This document shows positions 31,901-43,346 of a stretch of 64,000 nt of DNA, piece after piece. The notes under the pieces were generated by a model, which was given only the letters and a program-made list of their open reading frames with translations, did no database searches and was not told the origin of the DNA. Position 1 is the stretch's first letter; the number at the start of each line of letters is the position of its first letter. This DNA is from a virus (Duplodnaviria; Caudoviricetes), in IMG/VR virus record IMGVR_UViG_3300028591_000122, positions 1 to 64,000 of that record. One strand, given 5' to 3'. A program made the position numbers and the translations under genes.

Positions 31901-32195
31901 TTCGATTCCTTTGTCAACTCCGTCAAGATAAGCACCTAATCGGTTAATCGTTATAGGTTCTGCACTCTCACCTGTTAGTTGTTCGTATCTTGCCATTTCT
32001 TCTCTTAAACTCATTTTATTTCTCCTTTCATAATACGACTTCTTTGTATTCAGTTCCGTCGTAATTGTGTTCTGTTGCTATTTCTGGGCGAATATGATAT
32101 ATGACACCATAACTGCCCATGTTGATGCGTATGGTACAATTTTCAACTCCGTTGTCTTTCGCCCATTCATATAACTCTCTCACGGTAATTGTCAT
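28978..32195 (-). other. Small-ORF cluster rich in modular genes (29559-29828, 30021-30290, 31225-31500, 31539-31787, 31784-32014 and others)
   Basis: Coupled ORFs carrying MKLIID, NGTPLE and ELKGE modules. Confidence 0.75.
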
Positions 32196-32229
32196 TCTCG
32201 ATTTTATCTCCTTTCAAAAGGGACCTCAC

Positions 32230-33294
32230 TTACGTGAAGTCCCAATCTAATACATCATTGAAACAAATCTGCGGGTTGGTCTTAAAGAAGTCTTCCCAAC
32301 ATTCGCTTTCTGTTTGTCCTTCTCCGTAGGCAATCATATCTTCGTTGTCTTTATCTATGTACTGTACTTCAAGGAGTAAATAATCCGTTGCTCCTTTGGT
32401 TGATGTACTTGTCGCTACTGTCTTTCCGTAGTAGCCAGACTCATAATAGTCATCATACCAATCATTATATCTTCCATAGGTCTTTCCGTAGTAGTAAGGA
32501 ACATATTCTTTCTCAATATATTCATACTGAACACATTCCGTATTGAGCAACTTTTCTACAGTGTCTTGTGTTCTCTGCATTTCTGTCATATTTACATACT
32601 CGCCAAGTGTGTGAGCATTGTAATATCCACAAGAGAGGTTAACTCCGGCTATCTTTGCGGCAGGACATAGATAACTTATATCCGAACAACTTCCGCTTGC
32701 TGTTTTATATTTTGTGTTTTCCGTGATAAACTTTTCAAAGTCTTTGTTGTCGCAATCATAAAACACTGCGTCATTGTTGTTGGCTCTGTCAAGTTCAATT
32801 ATGTACTTACACTCTTTGCCTATTTCGTCGATGTATGATGTCTTTATAAATTGCCTTGAACCCACACAACCAATCTCTTCATCTTCGCAGAACACAACAT
32901 ACGGCTTATATCCCTTTTCGAGAAGTTTGATTATCATATAAATTCCACATCTGTCATCACCACCAATTCCTTGAGGAGATGAAAGAAGATAATCTCCGTT
33001 CTTATTGTACTCATATGTTGTCTTTACCACTTCCGCGTGAACCGTGTCCATATGTGCCGTCAAACAGAAAGGAATACTTCCCTTTGCATATAGGAATCCG
33101 TCTCCAACGTGAACATCTTCATAACCGACTTCATACAGATACATCGCCAAAACATTTTTCAGTTGTTTCTGTGGCATTTTGCATATCTTTACAAAACACT
33201 CGTTCTCGGGAATCAATTTATTTTTTCTGCCTAAATACTGTACATTCTTTTGAGTTTTCTTATTAAACCATACTTCCTGTGACATACGCTTCAC
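32230..33294 (-). CDS. Zn-dependent peptidase (M28/M20 superfamily)
   Basis: AHMDTVH, GGDDRCG, DEEIG, ELDR, GS.SDI, NLS.GY...HT metal-ligand motifs. Confidence 0.88.
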   Translation of the reverse strand: MKRMSQEVWFNKKTQKNVQYLGRKNKLIPENECFVKICKMPQKQLKNVLAMYLYEVGYEDVHVGDGFLYAKGSIPFCLTAHMDTVHAEVVKTTYEYNKNGDYLLSSPQGIGGDDRCGIYMIIKLLEKGYKPYVVFCEDEEIGCVGSRQFIKTSYIDEIGKECKYIIELDRANNNDAVFYDCDNKDFEKFITENTKYKTASGSCSDISYLCPAAKIAGVNLSCGYYNAHTLGEYVNMTEMQRTQDTVEKLLNTECVQYEYIEKEYVPYYYGKTYGRYNDWYDDYYESGYYGKTVATSTSTKGATDYLLLEVQYIDKDNEDMIAYGEGQTESECWEDFFKTNPQICFNDVLDWDFT

Positions 33295-33301
33295 CCCTTT
33301 C

Positions 33302-35626
33302 TTATGCTACAACTCTATCAACTTCTTCCATTTCCGACATATCCAACGGAGTCCAATTTCCGTCTACTATTACACTTAACTTTCTCAAATAGAAAGTACC
33401 TTTGTAATATATCGTGTCTTCGTCTTTGTACCATTCTCCGTCGATTTCCGTACAAACATCTTGGTCATACCATTCTCCGTCAATATTGCAGGCATACCAT
33501 TCGGGAACTAAATCTCCGTCTACAGTTTCCACGCAATTTGCGACGTAATAGTATTCATCGTCATACTCTACGATGTCAGGATTATCACGGTGAGCGATTT
33601 CAGTGTCTCCGTCTTCGTTCAAAACGATTTCAACCGACTCCCATTCAGGAATCAATCCATCAACAGTTTCCACCATTACGTTCTCGCCGTACCAATTTCC
33701 GTCATATCTTACACAACTTGACTGCCTTGCAATAGTCCGCTCATCTTCCTCGTAATATGCATAGCATAAATCATAGTAAGATAAATCGTAAGTCGGCAAA
33801 TCTTCGCCGTCAATTTCGGAATACTCAAAATCATCTTCCGACAGATAATCTTCTGCCATCTCTACCCAATAGTAGCCCTCTCGTTCTGCACAACTTTCAC
33901 AACAGAACCATCTTTCGTCTCTATCAGAACGAATTCCGTCATCATAGCGACCTATGTAAAACCATTCGTCGCAATGGTCACATCTTGCGAAGTCTCCAGA
34001 ATTTTCGAGAGCATCATCGCAAACCCAACCGTAATTTTCAACGTTTTCTCCGTCACAGGTTTCCCATCTCTCGTGATACTCACAATAATTACTACTTCCG
34101 TCTTCGTTGATACAACTTTCGCAGAATGAATTGCTTGAATCGCCGTGTCTTTCTCCGCATTTAGGGCATATAGGGTCTGCACCAACGATGATACGTGGTG
34201 TTCCTGTATATTCTTTCAAGAAAGAAACATTCGGATTATCATAATTTGTTATATCATGGTAATGCGTTCCGTACTGGTATGAGTTCTCACCACAAATTCC
34301 ACCGTACCTTTTATTTGTCTTATTAGTCCACAAGTTAGGCACATTCCATAACTCCGACAACAATGTCTGTACTATTTCTCTGTACTGAACATAATCTTCG
34401 GGTTCTGCGTGATTTCCTTTATCTGTCTGGTCAAAGGGATAAAGTCTACCCTGAATGAACTTTTCTTTTCCGATGTGGAACATCTGTCTCATTTCCTTAC
34501 GAGGAACGGGTTCTCCCTTTTCTTTTGCTTCTTCTACTGCGTTATCTCCGAGAATAAAGAACACAACAGAACTTTCATCAAGCATATAACTTTCGCAACC
34601 AGACGAATAACAACCGCTATAACTTGCTCCCGAACGGTCACTCCATTTATGTTTGTTGTTCTTATCTGTTGAGTGACAAGAACTCCAATCAGTTCCCCAA
34701 GCCATTGTCAAATAGTCTAACGGATTCAGAGAGATGAAGATGTGCTTTTGCGTTGAGAACGGATTACAAGCATCTGCAAACTTCGCAAATTCGAAGTTGT
34801 AGACATTCTTATCATCTTCCATATTTTCATACGCATAACGACCACCGAGGTCTTTAAGGTCTTTATTTGTGAATTCCGTTAAGCCTGCCATTTTGCACAA
34901 CTTATTTACTACTCTCGAAACTTTCTGCCCCGATTTTGCCTTAAAATCAGCCATGTAACTGTTAATTATTGCCGCCATTTCTTCATCGAGGAACTGTTTC
35001 GGGTGATTATACAAGATTGACATACAGTTCGAGAAGTCATAATGGAAATTATAATCTTCTGTCTTGTACATACGACCATCAAATGGAGAATACTCATCTC
35101 CCTCAAATTTATCTCTTAAAGCCTTAAATCGTTTTTTATCTTCTTTCGCTTCAAGAATCAAATCATTCAGTGGATTTCCGGAATAGTAACTCTGTGCGTC
35201 TCGCAATGCTGTAATCTTATCTGAGAGTCTGCTTATGTGTGTGGTTAATTGACCCAAAGTATAAGTTCCGATTCTCTGTTCTTTTTTCTCAAGAACGAAT
35301 GATTCCCAACGTTTTGCAATATTGAGGAATGTTCTATAAGTGTCTATGTCGAAACTTCTGTGAATCGGCTTATCAAACTCTATCGCATACTCTCCGTTGT
35401 AAAAAGGACTCTTAACCCAAAGGTTAATCAGTTCCTTTTTCTTATCAAACCATTCTGCTATCATTGTTTTGCAAGCATCTAAATCTGCGTCAGGATAGCA
35501 CTCGCACCAGTCGAATAACTCTACGACTTTCTCTGCAAGTCTTGTAACTTCTTCACTTTTCAAGCCGATAATCTTTCCGTCCATACCAAATTCAAACTTC
35601 TCTGAACCCTTAAAAATTGTACTCAT
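33302..35626 (-). CDS. Large phage protein: conserved N-terminal domain plus Cys-rich and acidic repeats
   Basis: S.NPLDYLTM...WSSCH...SYMLD...GRLYP, then CxxC clusters and DGEWY repeats; start re-set to MSTIF (RBS AAGGAG). Confidence 0.8.
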   Translation of the reverse strand: MSTIFKGSEKFEFGMDGKIIGLKSEEVTRLAEKVVELFDWCECYPDADLDACKTMIAEWFDKKKELINLWVKSPFYNGEYAIEFDKPIHRSFDIDTYRTFLNIAKRWESFVLEKKEQRIGTYTLGQLTTHISRLSDKITALRDAQSYYSGNPLNDLILEAKEDKKRFKALRDKFEGDEYSPFDGRMYKTEDYNFHYDFSNCMSILYNHPKQFLDEEMAAIINSYMADFKAKSGQKVSRVVNKLCKMAGLTEFTNKDLKDLGGRYAYENMEDDKNVYNFEFAKFADACNPFSTQKHIFISLNPLDYLTMAWGTDWSSCHSTDKNNKHKWSDRSGASYSGCYSSGCESYMLDESSVVFFILGDNAVEEAKEKGEPVPRKEMRQMFHIGKEKFIQGRLYPFDQTDKGNHAEPEDYVQYREIVQTLLSELWNVPNLWTNKTNKRYGGICGENSYQYGTHYHDITNYDNPNVSFLKEYTGTPRIIVGADPICPKCGERHGDSSNSFCESCINEDGSSNYCEYHERWETCDGENVENYGWVCDDALENSGDFARCDHCDEWFYIGRYDDGIRSDRDERWFCCESCAEREGYYWVEMAEDYLSEDDFEYSEIDGEDLPTYDLSYYDLCYAYYEEDERTIARQSSCVRYDGNWYGENVMVETVDGLIPEWESVEIVLNEDGDTEIAHRDNPDIVEYDDEYYYVANCVETVDGDLVPEWYACNIDGEWYDQDVCTEIDGEWYKDEDTIYYKGTFYLRKLSVIVDGNWTPLDMSEMEEVDRVVA

Positions 35627-35677
35627 TATAAAATCTCCTTTCAATTTAAAAAAAGCCACCACCATTAGTGACCTTAT

Positions 35678-38600
35678 TAACGCTCAACGATTTCGACACT
35701 CAATACAGAAGCGTCTTTTTCATAATACTGTTTACGATGTAATGCGTCTAATGCATTACGGCAGTCCTCTTCTCTTGTGTCTTTTCCGTTGTTAAAGACG
35801 GAACTGACACGAATTGCATAATGTTTCATCTTACTCTCCTTTCTATCTGAAAGCGATTTTTACTTTCTTCACATCGTCTTGTTTGTGCATACGCCTTGCA
35901 TATATATCTGCAAACAATTTAACTTTGAACGGTCTAAAAATAAGGTCTCCGTTGTTCATTGTTGTTTCGACACTATACTTGAATCTCATAATCGTTCTCC
36001 TTTACATTGTGTAATATTTCATGGTGTCGTTGTCGTATGCGTCTGACAAGAGGTCTTGTCTTAAAAGAAAATCAATTGCGTCAATTGAATCTCCCGAATT
36101 AAAGAACTTGTCCTTTGCCTTGTTAACATTTTTTCTTGCTTTTCTAATGGATTTTGCTTTGTCATTTCTCATAATCTTATTCTCCTTGTCTTTTTGTCTT
36201 TTTCGTAACCCTTGCAATTTTTGCAGTTTTCTGTGTTACCGCAAGTTTTATAATATTTGCAAGTTTTCTTACCGCCCATCATTTTTCTCCTTTCATGATT
36301 CATAAATCTTGATAGCCAAATCTCTCATTTTCTCTTTTTCGTTTTCCAAACTGTCAATTCTACTCAGTAGGAAATAGAGTACGGTATAAACTCCGTCTGT
36401 ACCGTTTTCGATGAAATTCCGCATAAATGTTCTGTCATCATCTGCATCGTATGGAGTTTTCGTAGTTCGTAATTTTATGATTTTATCTATGATTTCCGTT
36501 CTCTGCTCTTCAGTCATAATCATTCTCCTTCCAATTCAGATAATTTTTTATTGACACGAACCTCTACGGCTTTTAACTCTTTAATCTGTTTTGCAAGTTC
36601 TTTCTTGCGTTTAGAAATCATTCGCTTAAGATAAAATGATTCCATTCCTTTTTTGCAGTAGTACATATCTCCACTACCCTTGTTACCCGCAAAGCACATA
36701 TGCTGTGTGCGTTGGTTACTCTGTGCCGATTCGATTTCCACATCTCCGTTGTTGTATAAGAGAACTTTTACCATTTCGTCTTTCATTGTCAGTCTCCTTT
36801 CACTTTCCGTGATTTCCGTTGTTTGCCCGTATGCGTGTCCGATAGCACAGACCACTTATTTAATTTACCTTAACCCAGTGGATTAAGTGTTTCAGGCAAG
36901 TAAATAGTACCGCCTGTTCCGTTCAGAATGGGAATCTCTCTCATACGTTTTCTCCTTTCTGTTTGCCTTTACTCTTGAAGTTTGCTAATGAGTCTTTCAG
37001 AAATTGCAATTCATCTTTGATTTCCTCGTCAGTTCCGACACTCATTAACTCTCCGTACATATCCGACAAGGTGTTCTTTATCTGTTTTACTCTCTCTTTT
37101 CGCTTGAGTTCGATTTCTTTTGCGTATGCTTCTGCATACATATCATCGTTTTCTTCAATGCGAATTATGATGTTTTTTCCCATACGGAGAGAATCTTCGT
37201 GGCTTACTCCATAATCTCTTTCCAATATTTCGGCTTCAGAACAAGCACGGAAATATTCGCTTATTGCCGCGAGTTGTCCTGTCGTTAAGAGTTTTCCATT
37301 GACTGTACACTTAAAAAACTCGTTCTCGTCTGTCTTAATCTCGTTATCTGCGTTTGCTCGTTTATGTATTTCTTTTGCGACAAAGGTTTTGACTTCCCTT
37401 TCGTGTTCGAGTAACCTTTCGAGTTCGGCTATGTGTCTATGGTGGTCACTGATAGCCTGCTCGTACTCATCTATGATTTTCAAAACCTCTTCTCTTGATA
37501 AATATGGGTCTTTAATTGGCATTTTCGTTCTCCTCTCTTTCTATATCATTTAATGTCCACATCAAACTAATCATAAAAGTAAATGCTAATGCGCTTAAAA
37601 CAGTTCCGATAAGTCCTATTGTGATTACGATTTCGTTCCAATTGTTTATACCACTTATAAGGGCACGGGCAGATGGAATACCAATTGCCGATGTTAATAT
37701 AAACAAAATATTTATTGCCTTATGAATTTGTTCAATTGTCATTTTAGTTCTCCTTTTTATAAATTTTCGCATTTATTACAACCCCAATATTCGTCCCATT
37801 GAGAACAATTTTCACAACCTTTCTTAATTCCGTTGTTCACATTGTTGATTCTGCATTCTTCTTGTTTACGCATTTCTTTAAAAACCTTTTGAAGCACAAG
37901 ATTCATATCAAGGTCATACTCTTTCATATCTGTTCTCCTTTCATATTCCCAACAGTTCTGCTAAAGTGATATTTAAGCCATAACTGACTCTGTTTCCGTC
38001 GTTATCAACCACATCACAACCATACGATTCTTCTATACGGCTACGGATAGAGGAAATTTCAAATTCCATTTCCTTTCTTAAGTCTGCTATAGCACTACCT
38101 ATGGAATTCCCTTTCCCAATTCTTCCGAGTGGCTCGTCAAACCAACCCCCAACATACAGTTGAAGATGTGCTTCGTAATGCCCGTATTTAGTCTTTTCGA
38201 CTCTAATTCTTATCATTTCCGTTCTCCTCTCTATGCTTGTTCGAATTCCCTTTTGAAGTCGTCTAACTGTTGTGAAACATCGTTCCCAAGTGCGTACATC
38301 TCCGAGAACTCTTTAGAGAATTCAAGTCCGTTGAGTGTCATTTCTCTCAATGTCTCCGTTATGTCATTAAGCATAGCGGTATACTGTTTGATGAGAAGTA
38401 ATAACTGTATTTTATTCATTTCCGTTCTCCTATTTAACCCAATCCTCATAGTCTTTATCGTTAGCAAATTCCATATATCCGTTTTCATCTGCTCCGGCTA
38501 CATCTTTGCCAACGTATCCTTTGTAACTATAGCCAACCCAGAATCCTTTAATTTCCATAAGCCATTCTCCTCTGTTGGTTATCTTTCCAATGTACTCTGT

Positions 38601-40412
38601 TGTATCTGTCCCAGAACTTGTTCCATTTCTTCTTGCGTTCTTCCCCTTGGATATTTTCCATTTCGAGATAGAACTTGAACTGGGCAATTTCCATTTCTTT
38701 CGCTTCGTCTTCAGACAAATGCTTTGCCTTTTTGGGTGGGTTCTTGAGAAATCCCACTGCTTCATCACGAGTCATAAAGACATGCTCGTAGCGAAGTCTT
38801 GCCTTTTCCAATTCCATTTCGGAATCTGTCATAAAATTACGGATTGCTCCGTTTTCTACCACGAAATACATTGTCATCTTCATCTGTTTTCCCTCCTAAA
38901 ATGCGTCATTCGGAATGTCAAATGTATAATCATCTATGTCATCATCGTCCCACTCATCATCGAGAGGGTTTGCGTGATAAGGGTTCTCGATTCTATAATT
39001 CTCTTCGAACTCTTCATCTTGCCACGCAAAATTCACGCGGTTTTCTAATTCCGCAATATCCTCGTGGGCATCTACTAAAACATCAAAGTCTAAATCTCCC
39101 TTATCTACTCTCTCTGCGAGTTCTTCATAGCGAGCCCTTTTCTCGTCTAACTGTTTAGTCAGTTCCCTTGGGTCTTCGTACTGTCTGTACATAAATTAAC
39201 TCCTTTCCCATTTATTGCCATCTAGTAAACTGAGTAGCCATATTGTATGCGGTGTTGCTGTCATAGCCTAACCTTATGAGGAAATCATATAGTTTCCGAT
39301 GGATTTTTTGTTTACTAGTACCCATCTTATACTCTAATTTCCCTATGCGTCTACGGATTAACTCACAAGCTAACCCTATCAACACGAAAGGTACTGCGAT
39401 AATAATCACTAATACTACGATTTCCAATAATGCTTCCAACATTGCAAAGATAATTCCTAACATTCTGCTTTCCTCCTATATCAGTTTCCCTGTCTGTGCG
39501 AGTTTATCTAATAACCCATTTCTTCTGTTAATCTTATTCTCCGTGTATCTTATTTCCCTCTTGAGAACTTCTATTTCCGCTAATTTTGCGATGATTCTGT
39601 TTCCATTGTAATCATCGTCATAGTTATCCTGATGAAATTCTGCATCTGCCTTGGCGAGTCTGACTTTCAAAGACTCGATTTTATCCCTGAAAATACTTTC
39701 TGGGGTATTGACTAACTTTTGATTTCCTTTTAAGATTCTTAATCTCATTCTTTCTATATTTGTCATAATTATTCTCCTCTCTAGTGCGACAAATACACCT
39801 TACCTTTATTCCATAACACCATAGCAGTCTCATAGTCATTTGCGTGCGAGTATGTGCCACATTCTCTGCATACCGCATTAACGCATGATATACCCATGTT
39901 CGTATAGTGTCGATTCATAGCAATATTCTTGCTCTGACACTTCGGACATCTAGTCAGATAATGTTCTTCGGAGTGTGGGCGAATGAGACTCAACTCCTCG
40001 ATAGTCCACCCGTAAGTCTCTTGAATCTGACGAGCCGACAGTATTTTTCTACAGTAATAATTTAAGAGCCATCTTCTCTGCATACGAGTCAATGGTGCCT
40101 TTTGTTCTTTCATAAAAACCTCCTAACCGCTACAATTATTCTGTCATCATACAAATAGTCATTGGCACAGTTGTCCATTAACAGAATGTATTCATCGCCT
40201 ACTTGCACATCTTCACTCGGTCTGAATGCCCACAGATTACCCGTCGAGTCTTCGCCTACAACCTCTATGCCACCGTCCTCGACTTCGACTATGCATGTCT
40301 CAAGAAAATACACCTGTCTTATGCATGTTCTGACACCAAAGCCTAATAATACCAATACTGACACTACCATTATGATAATGCCCACAATGTTACTCTTATG
40401 CGTGGTAATCAC
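35678..40412 (-). other. Array of about 20 small early hypothetical ORFs, including a 24-aa ORF at 36870-36944
   Basis: ORFs with strong AGGAG RBS. Confidence 0.7.
39781..40113 (-). CDS. Zn-ribbon protein, weakly Lar (restriction alleviation)-like
   Basis: CPKC...C.ECG......A...WN pattern. Confidence 0.4.
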   Translation of the reverse strand: MKEQKAPLTRMQRRWLLNYYCRKILSARQIQETYGWTIEELSLIRPHSEEHYLTRCPKCQSKNIAMNRHYTNMGISCVNAVCRECGTYSHANDYETAMVLWNKGKVYLSH

Positions 40413-40533
40413 CTCCTATCCTTATGGTCTTACGGAGATACTGCGTACAGGATACACATTAGCACGCAATACATCGCTATTAAGAGCCTATTAAACCACT
40501 ATTGAACCACGCAACCTTAAACAGTTACTTAAC

Positions 40534-40560
40534 AAAAAAGGGCAAGGTTACTCCTCGCCC
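40534..40560 (-). terminator. Intrinsic terminator after the first early gene
   Basis: GGGCGAGG-AGTAA-CCTTGCCC-TTTTTT. Confidence 0.75.
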
Positions 40561-40581
40561 ATACCCATATTCAATTGTAGA

Positions 40582-41220
40582 TTACTTCTGTGCGTTTGCT
40601 ACCTCTTTGTTGACCTTGCCGTCTTTAACATACTTCGCCTTAAGGCAATCGGGTATCATAGCGGCTTTGATGGTGCCTGCACTAACCATGTAGTTAAACG
40701 TTACCCAGAAGATGAGATTCAATGCACCTGAAGTGTTGAACGATACACCGTCTGTACCCTCGGACTTAACGAATTTTCTCATGTCCACCTTGCCCCCAAG
40801 GGTATTCAGTAGCGACTTTTCAAAGTCTGTGCCTTTAATGTCAAGGTCATACTTCGAGAAAAAGTCCTGCAAAGCCTTTTTGATAACAGTAGTATCATCG
40901 CAAGATACACCTTTAAGAGCCTTACGTAATGCCTTTTCATCGTCTGATAACTCAAACTTATCCATCTGTGCGAGTCTTTCCTCGTATGCTACTCTAAACG
41001 CGTCAAGGTCTGCCTGATACTGTGCAAGTCGCTCGGGGATAGATTCTGCAAAGATACTGCCCTCTAATGTCTTCGATGTTGATTCGATTAACTTCTTGGT
41101 CGCACTTGTCTGCACGCGATAGTCCTCTGCGTACTCTGCCCTTAATACTTTAAGGTCTACAAACTTTGCTACTCTATCTGCGAATTCTCTCTGTGCTTTA
41201 AACATATCAATATTCTTCAT
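40582..41220 (-). CDS. First gene of the leftward block, hypothetical coiled-coil protein
   Basis: 212 aa ORF, GAGG RBS, own terminator. Confidence 0.8.
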   Translation of the reverse strand: MKNIDMFKAQREFADRVAKFVDLKVLRAEYAEDYRVQTSATKKLIESTSKTLEGSIFAESIPERLAQYQADLDAFRVAYEERLAQMDKFELSDDEKALRKALKGVSCDDTTVIKKALQDFFSKYDLDIKGTDFEKSLLNTLGGKVDMRKFVKSEGTDGVSFNTSGALNLIFWVTFNYMVSAGTIKAAMIPDCLKAKYVKDGKVNKEVANAQK

Positions 41221-42441
41221 AATTTTTTCCTCTTATCTTTCCGTGGATATTCCACTAATCTAAAATGGTTGCGTGATTCAATAATGATTCAATAGTGGTA
41301 TTGTGGTTTTATGAGTCCATCTGCCCTCTAAACAGAGTTTTCTTCTTTATGGTCATTGCGCAAAGCCGTAAAATTTGAGTCGTTGGCTTGTTGCCCACAT
41401 TTTATAGAGTAAGTGGACTCGCTCTCATAAAGAGTATAGTTCAAACCGATATTAAATTGATGCTATTGGTTACTTTAGTTGCTCGCCGTTTCGCCGTGTC
41501 CACCTTATCTCTATCTATTCTCATAGCCTAATAATCATCAATTTACTGAGTCAAAAGCCCTTAAGCAAGAGACCAAGCGATTTTGAATACCTTAGTTGTT
41601 AGAGAAAATTTGGTTATTTGTGGGTGGTATTATCAATAGCCGTGATAAATAATCTTTATCTTTATAGTTGCATTAAAGCCGTGACTTTATGCTATCTATT
41701 TGTGAGCCGTGACTCATTGAATAGATATACTATAATCATATTGATTACAATAATAGTATATCAAAATTCAATAGTAAAAAGTGTCATTTTTTATATAAAA
41801 ATAGGGGGTATTTAAAATGGTGGAATGCCTTATTTTATGGGAAGTGCTAGCACCAGCTAAACAATGTTCATATCCCATCACAATCCGATACGATTTTGTA
41901 CACCCAAATGCCAATAGCAAGATTTGTAAAATAGAGCAATATTTGTAAAGCAATAAATGTAAAAAATAGCAATAATTGTAAAACCGCGGGTGTAAAGTAA
42001 AAATACTTGACAGGTAGTCTAAACTAACCCGAATGTTATAATGTGGAGTATAACATTTAAAAATAAAAAATAAGGTTTTTGTTGAAAAACACAAGATAAT
42101 GTGGTACGATAAATTCCGGAATACAAAAAGTTGTCACCTTTGACTGAATAGTAGTGTATTATATATATAAATATACTGTATATATTTTAACCACTACTGT
42201 ATATATAAGTTTACTGTATATGAAAGAGTAACTGTATATATATAAATATACTATATATAAAGAGTAAGTATATTATGTATACAGTAAGTGTATTAATATA
42301 AATATAACATAGCTATAGAGTAAGTATATATTATATAAGTTAGTATAACTATATTAGTAAGAGTGATATAAGTAAGTTTATTGTATAGAGTATATTATTT
42401 TTTCTCCGTCAGGAGAGAAAATAATAATATAAAGGGGATAT
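41221..42441. other. 1.2-kb non-coding strand-switch region (candidate termini/origin/divergent promoters)
   Basis: No credible ORF; short direct repeats; AT-rich right part. Confidence 0.65.
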
Positions 42442-43338
42442 ATGATATTAGAATTAAATACTAATAATATACAAGAAGGTATGTATATTAAAAACTATAG
42501 AGAGTTATGTAAGTTATTAAACTTAAATATATGTACTGGTAAAAGTAAGATATTGCAATTAAAAGAAGTAAATAGATATTTAGATTTACTTAAAGATAAA
42601 AATACTAATGGGTATATTGTATTAGAGAAATATGAGAAACCATTACCAAGTACAGTACATAGTAAGTATACTAAATTCATACAGAATATTTTACTGTATT
42701 ATTTATCTCAAAAAGATTTGCCTGTAGTATATGTGAATAAAAATGAACTGATTAAGATATTGGGATTAGTAAATGACAGATATATAGATTATAGGCGAAA
42801 TAAGAATAAGTTATTGGATATAGCGAATGAATATAATATCTATGAGTTTTATAAGCGGACGGACAGTAAGATATTAAGTATACTAGAATCATCACTCAAG
42901 AGTTTAAAGAATAGACTGCTTATAGATTATAGTGACGCATATAAGATATATTATTTAAACAGCCACGGAACGTATGATTATAAGATAGCCAATATAGAAG
43001 AACACCAATACATATTAGATGTCAAAAAGCGTGTGTTGGACGAATTGGGTTATCAATCCGAATACCAAGTATATTTTTCTAATGGCATAAAAGAGAAATA
43101 CTATGCGAGGATAAATCACATAGTCGAAGAAGAGATGTGTTGGGAGGGGGTATTCCAATGTTACCAAATCATTTATAACCAACGGCACGTTATAAAGGAA
43201 CTTGAGAACGAAAGAATACTTTTAAACAACGAAGTCAAGAAAGCATTAGATATACAGGCAGAGAAAAGATATAACGATTACGATTTAGCATTACAAAAAG
43301 TATTATCCGAGTTTTTAATAGAATTAAATGTATTATAA
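42442..43338 (+). CDS. Hypothetical protein upstream of the RNA polymerase gene, possibly DNA-binding
   Basis: 298 aa ORF, KNYRELC.LL...G.SK.LQLK N-terminus, AAGGGG RBS. Confidence 0.75.
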   Translation: MILELNTNNIQEGMYIKNYRELCKLLNLNICTGKSKILQLKEVNRYLDLLKDKNTNGYIVLEKYEKPLPSTVHSKYTKFIQNILLYYLSQKDLPVVYVNKNELIKILGLVNDRYIDYRRNKNKLLDIANEYNIYEFYKRTDSKILSILESSLKSLKNRLLIDYSDAYKIYYLNSHGTYDYKIANIEEHQYILDVKKRVLDELGYQSEYQVYFSNGIKEKYYARINHIVEEEMCWEGVFQCYQIIYNQRHVIKELENERILLNNEVKKALDIQAEKRYNDYDLALQKVLSEFLIELNVL

Positions 43339-43346
43339 AGGGGATT

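Noticed and set aside
267-32195. Recurrent end modules as CRISPR repeats or integron attC sites
   Set aside because: They are degenerate, protein-coding, irregularly spaced and non-palindromic; no cas genes or integron-integrase features were seen
36860-36940. Hammerhead-like CTGA...GAAAC arrangement
   Set aside because: The core is not CUGANGA and stem I is negligible; the stretch is better explained by a 24-aa ORF (36870-36944) with an RBS
2121-41815. Plus-strand ORFs of the track within the leftward block (and minus-strand ORFs after 42.4 kb)
   Set aside because: They are antisense shadows of real genes, Ser/Phe/Leu-rich and lacking RBSs
42008-42041. TTGACA...TATAAT as a canonical SigA promoter
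   Set aside because: The spacer is far longer than 17 bp; only the extended -10 is plausible
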